Source: Promethearchaeota archaeon (GTDB lineage Archaea > Asgardarchaeota > Lokiarchaeia > Sigyniarchaeales > SOKP01). Taken from it: a stretch of 15,666 nt of DNA. The notes under the pieces are model-generated. The model was not told where the DNA came from, did no database searches, and saw only the letters and a list, made by a program, of their open reading frames with translations. This document shows, in pieces, positions 15,495 to 15,666 of the stretch (position 1 is the first letter of the stretch; every line of letters begins with the position of its first letter). The stretch lies in assembly GCA_016926735.1 (NCBI GenBank), contig JAFGOA010000207.1, positions 1-15,666 of the forward strand. Direction: 5' to 3'. Both the position numbers and the translations under genes were made by a program.

Positions 15495-15666
15495 ATAATA
15501 ACACTATTATCTGCATATTTAAATAAAAAATTAAAATTCACTATGTAAGTATAATCTTCTTCGCATCATTTTCACGCTATTTATAAAGGAACAATTCTAA
15601 TTATTTCTTTCTTTAAAAACGTAACTAAAAATGCTAAAATCCAACTTTTTTTCTATTTATTTTAAG

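Noticed and set aside
1-15666. CRISPR array, tRNA/rRNA, integrase or transposase
   Set aside because: No periodic repeat-spacer pattern, no GC-rich structured RNA-like segment and no recombinase motifs were seen.

Overview
AT-rich archaeal window, most consistent with an Asgard archaeon of Lokiarchaeia type. This assignment is inferred from gene content and archaeal SD/TATA signals. The left 3.8 kb is a eukaryote-like ESCRT locus: a Vps22/36 (EAP30) gene converges on a vps4-vps25 pair, and a Vps2/24/46-type ESCRT-III gene diverges from vps4. The ESCRT-III gene appears to start at a non-canonical ATA (3203), adding an amphipathic N-terminal helix that the ORF track missed. The last 68 bp of that gene and its flank are duplicated exactly 2532 bp downstream (3770-3837 = 6302-6369). 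The two copies bracket one cargo gene, a secreted metzincin protease with a C-terminal dockerin, which looks like an integrase-less islet inserted in the ESCRT-III 3' end. The second copy forms a 21-aa mini-ORF comprising only the MIM1-like tail. Further right are a SIR2-TPR protein, a Zn-finger protein, a PfkB kinase and a membrane protein. These are followed by an MGE-like minus-strand operon (Zn ribbon, DUF1249/DUF6908-like protein, acidic protein, orphan N4/N6 MTase), an M50-like membrane peptidase and an unannotated 53-aa Cys-rich ORF. No tRNA, rRNA or CRISPR array was seen. All family calls come from motif recognition, not database searches.
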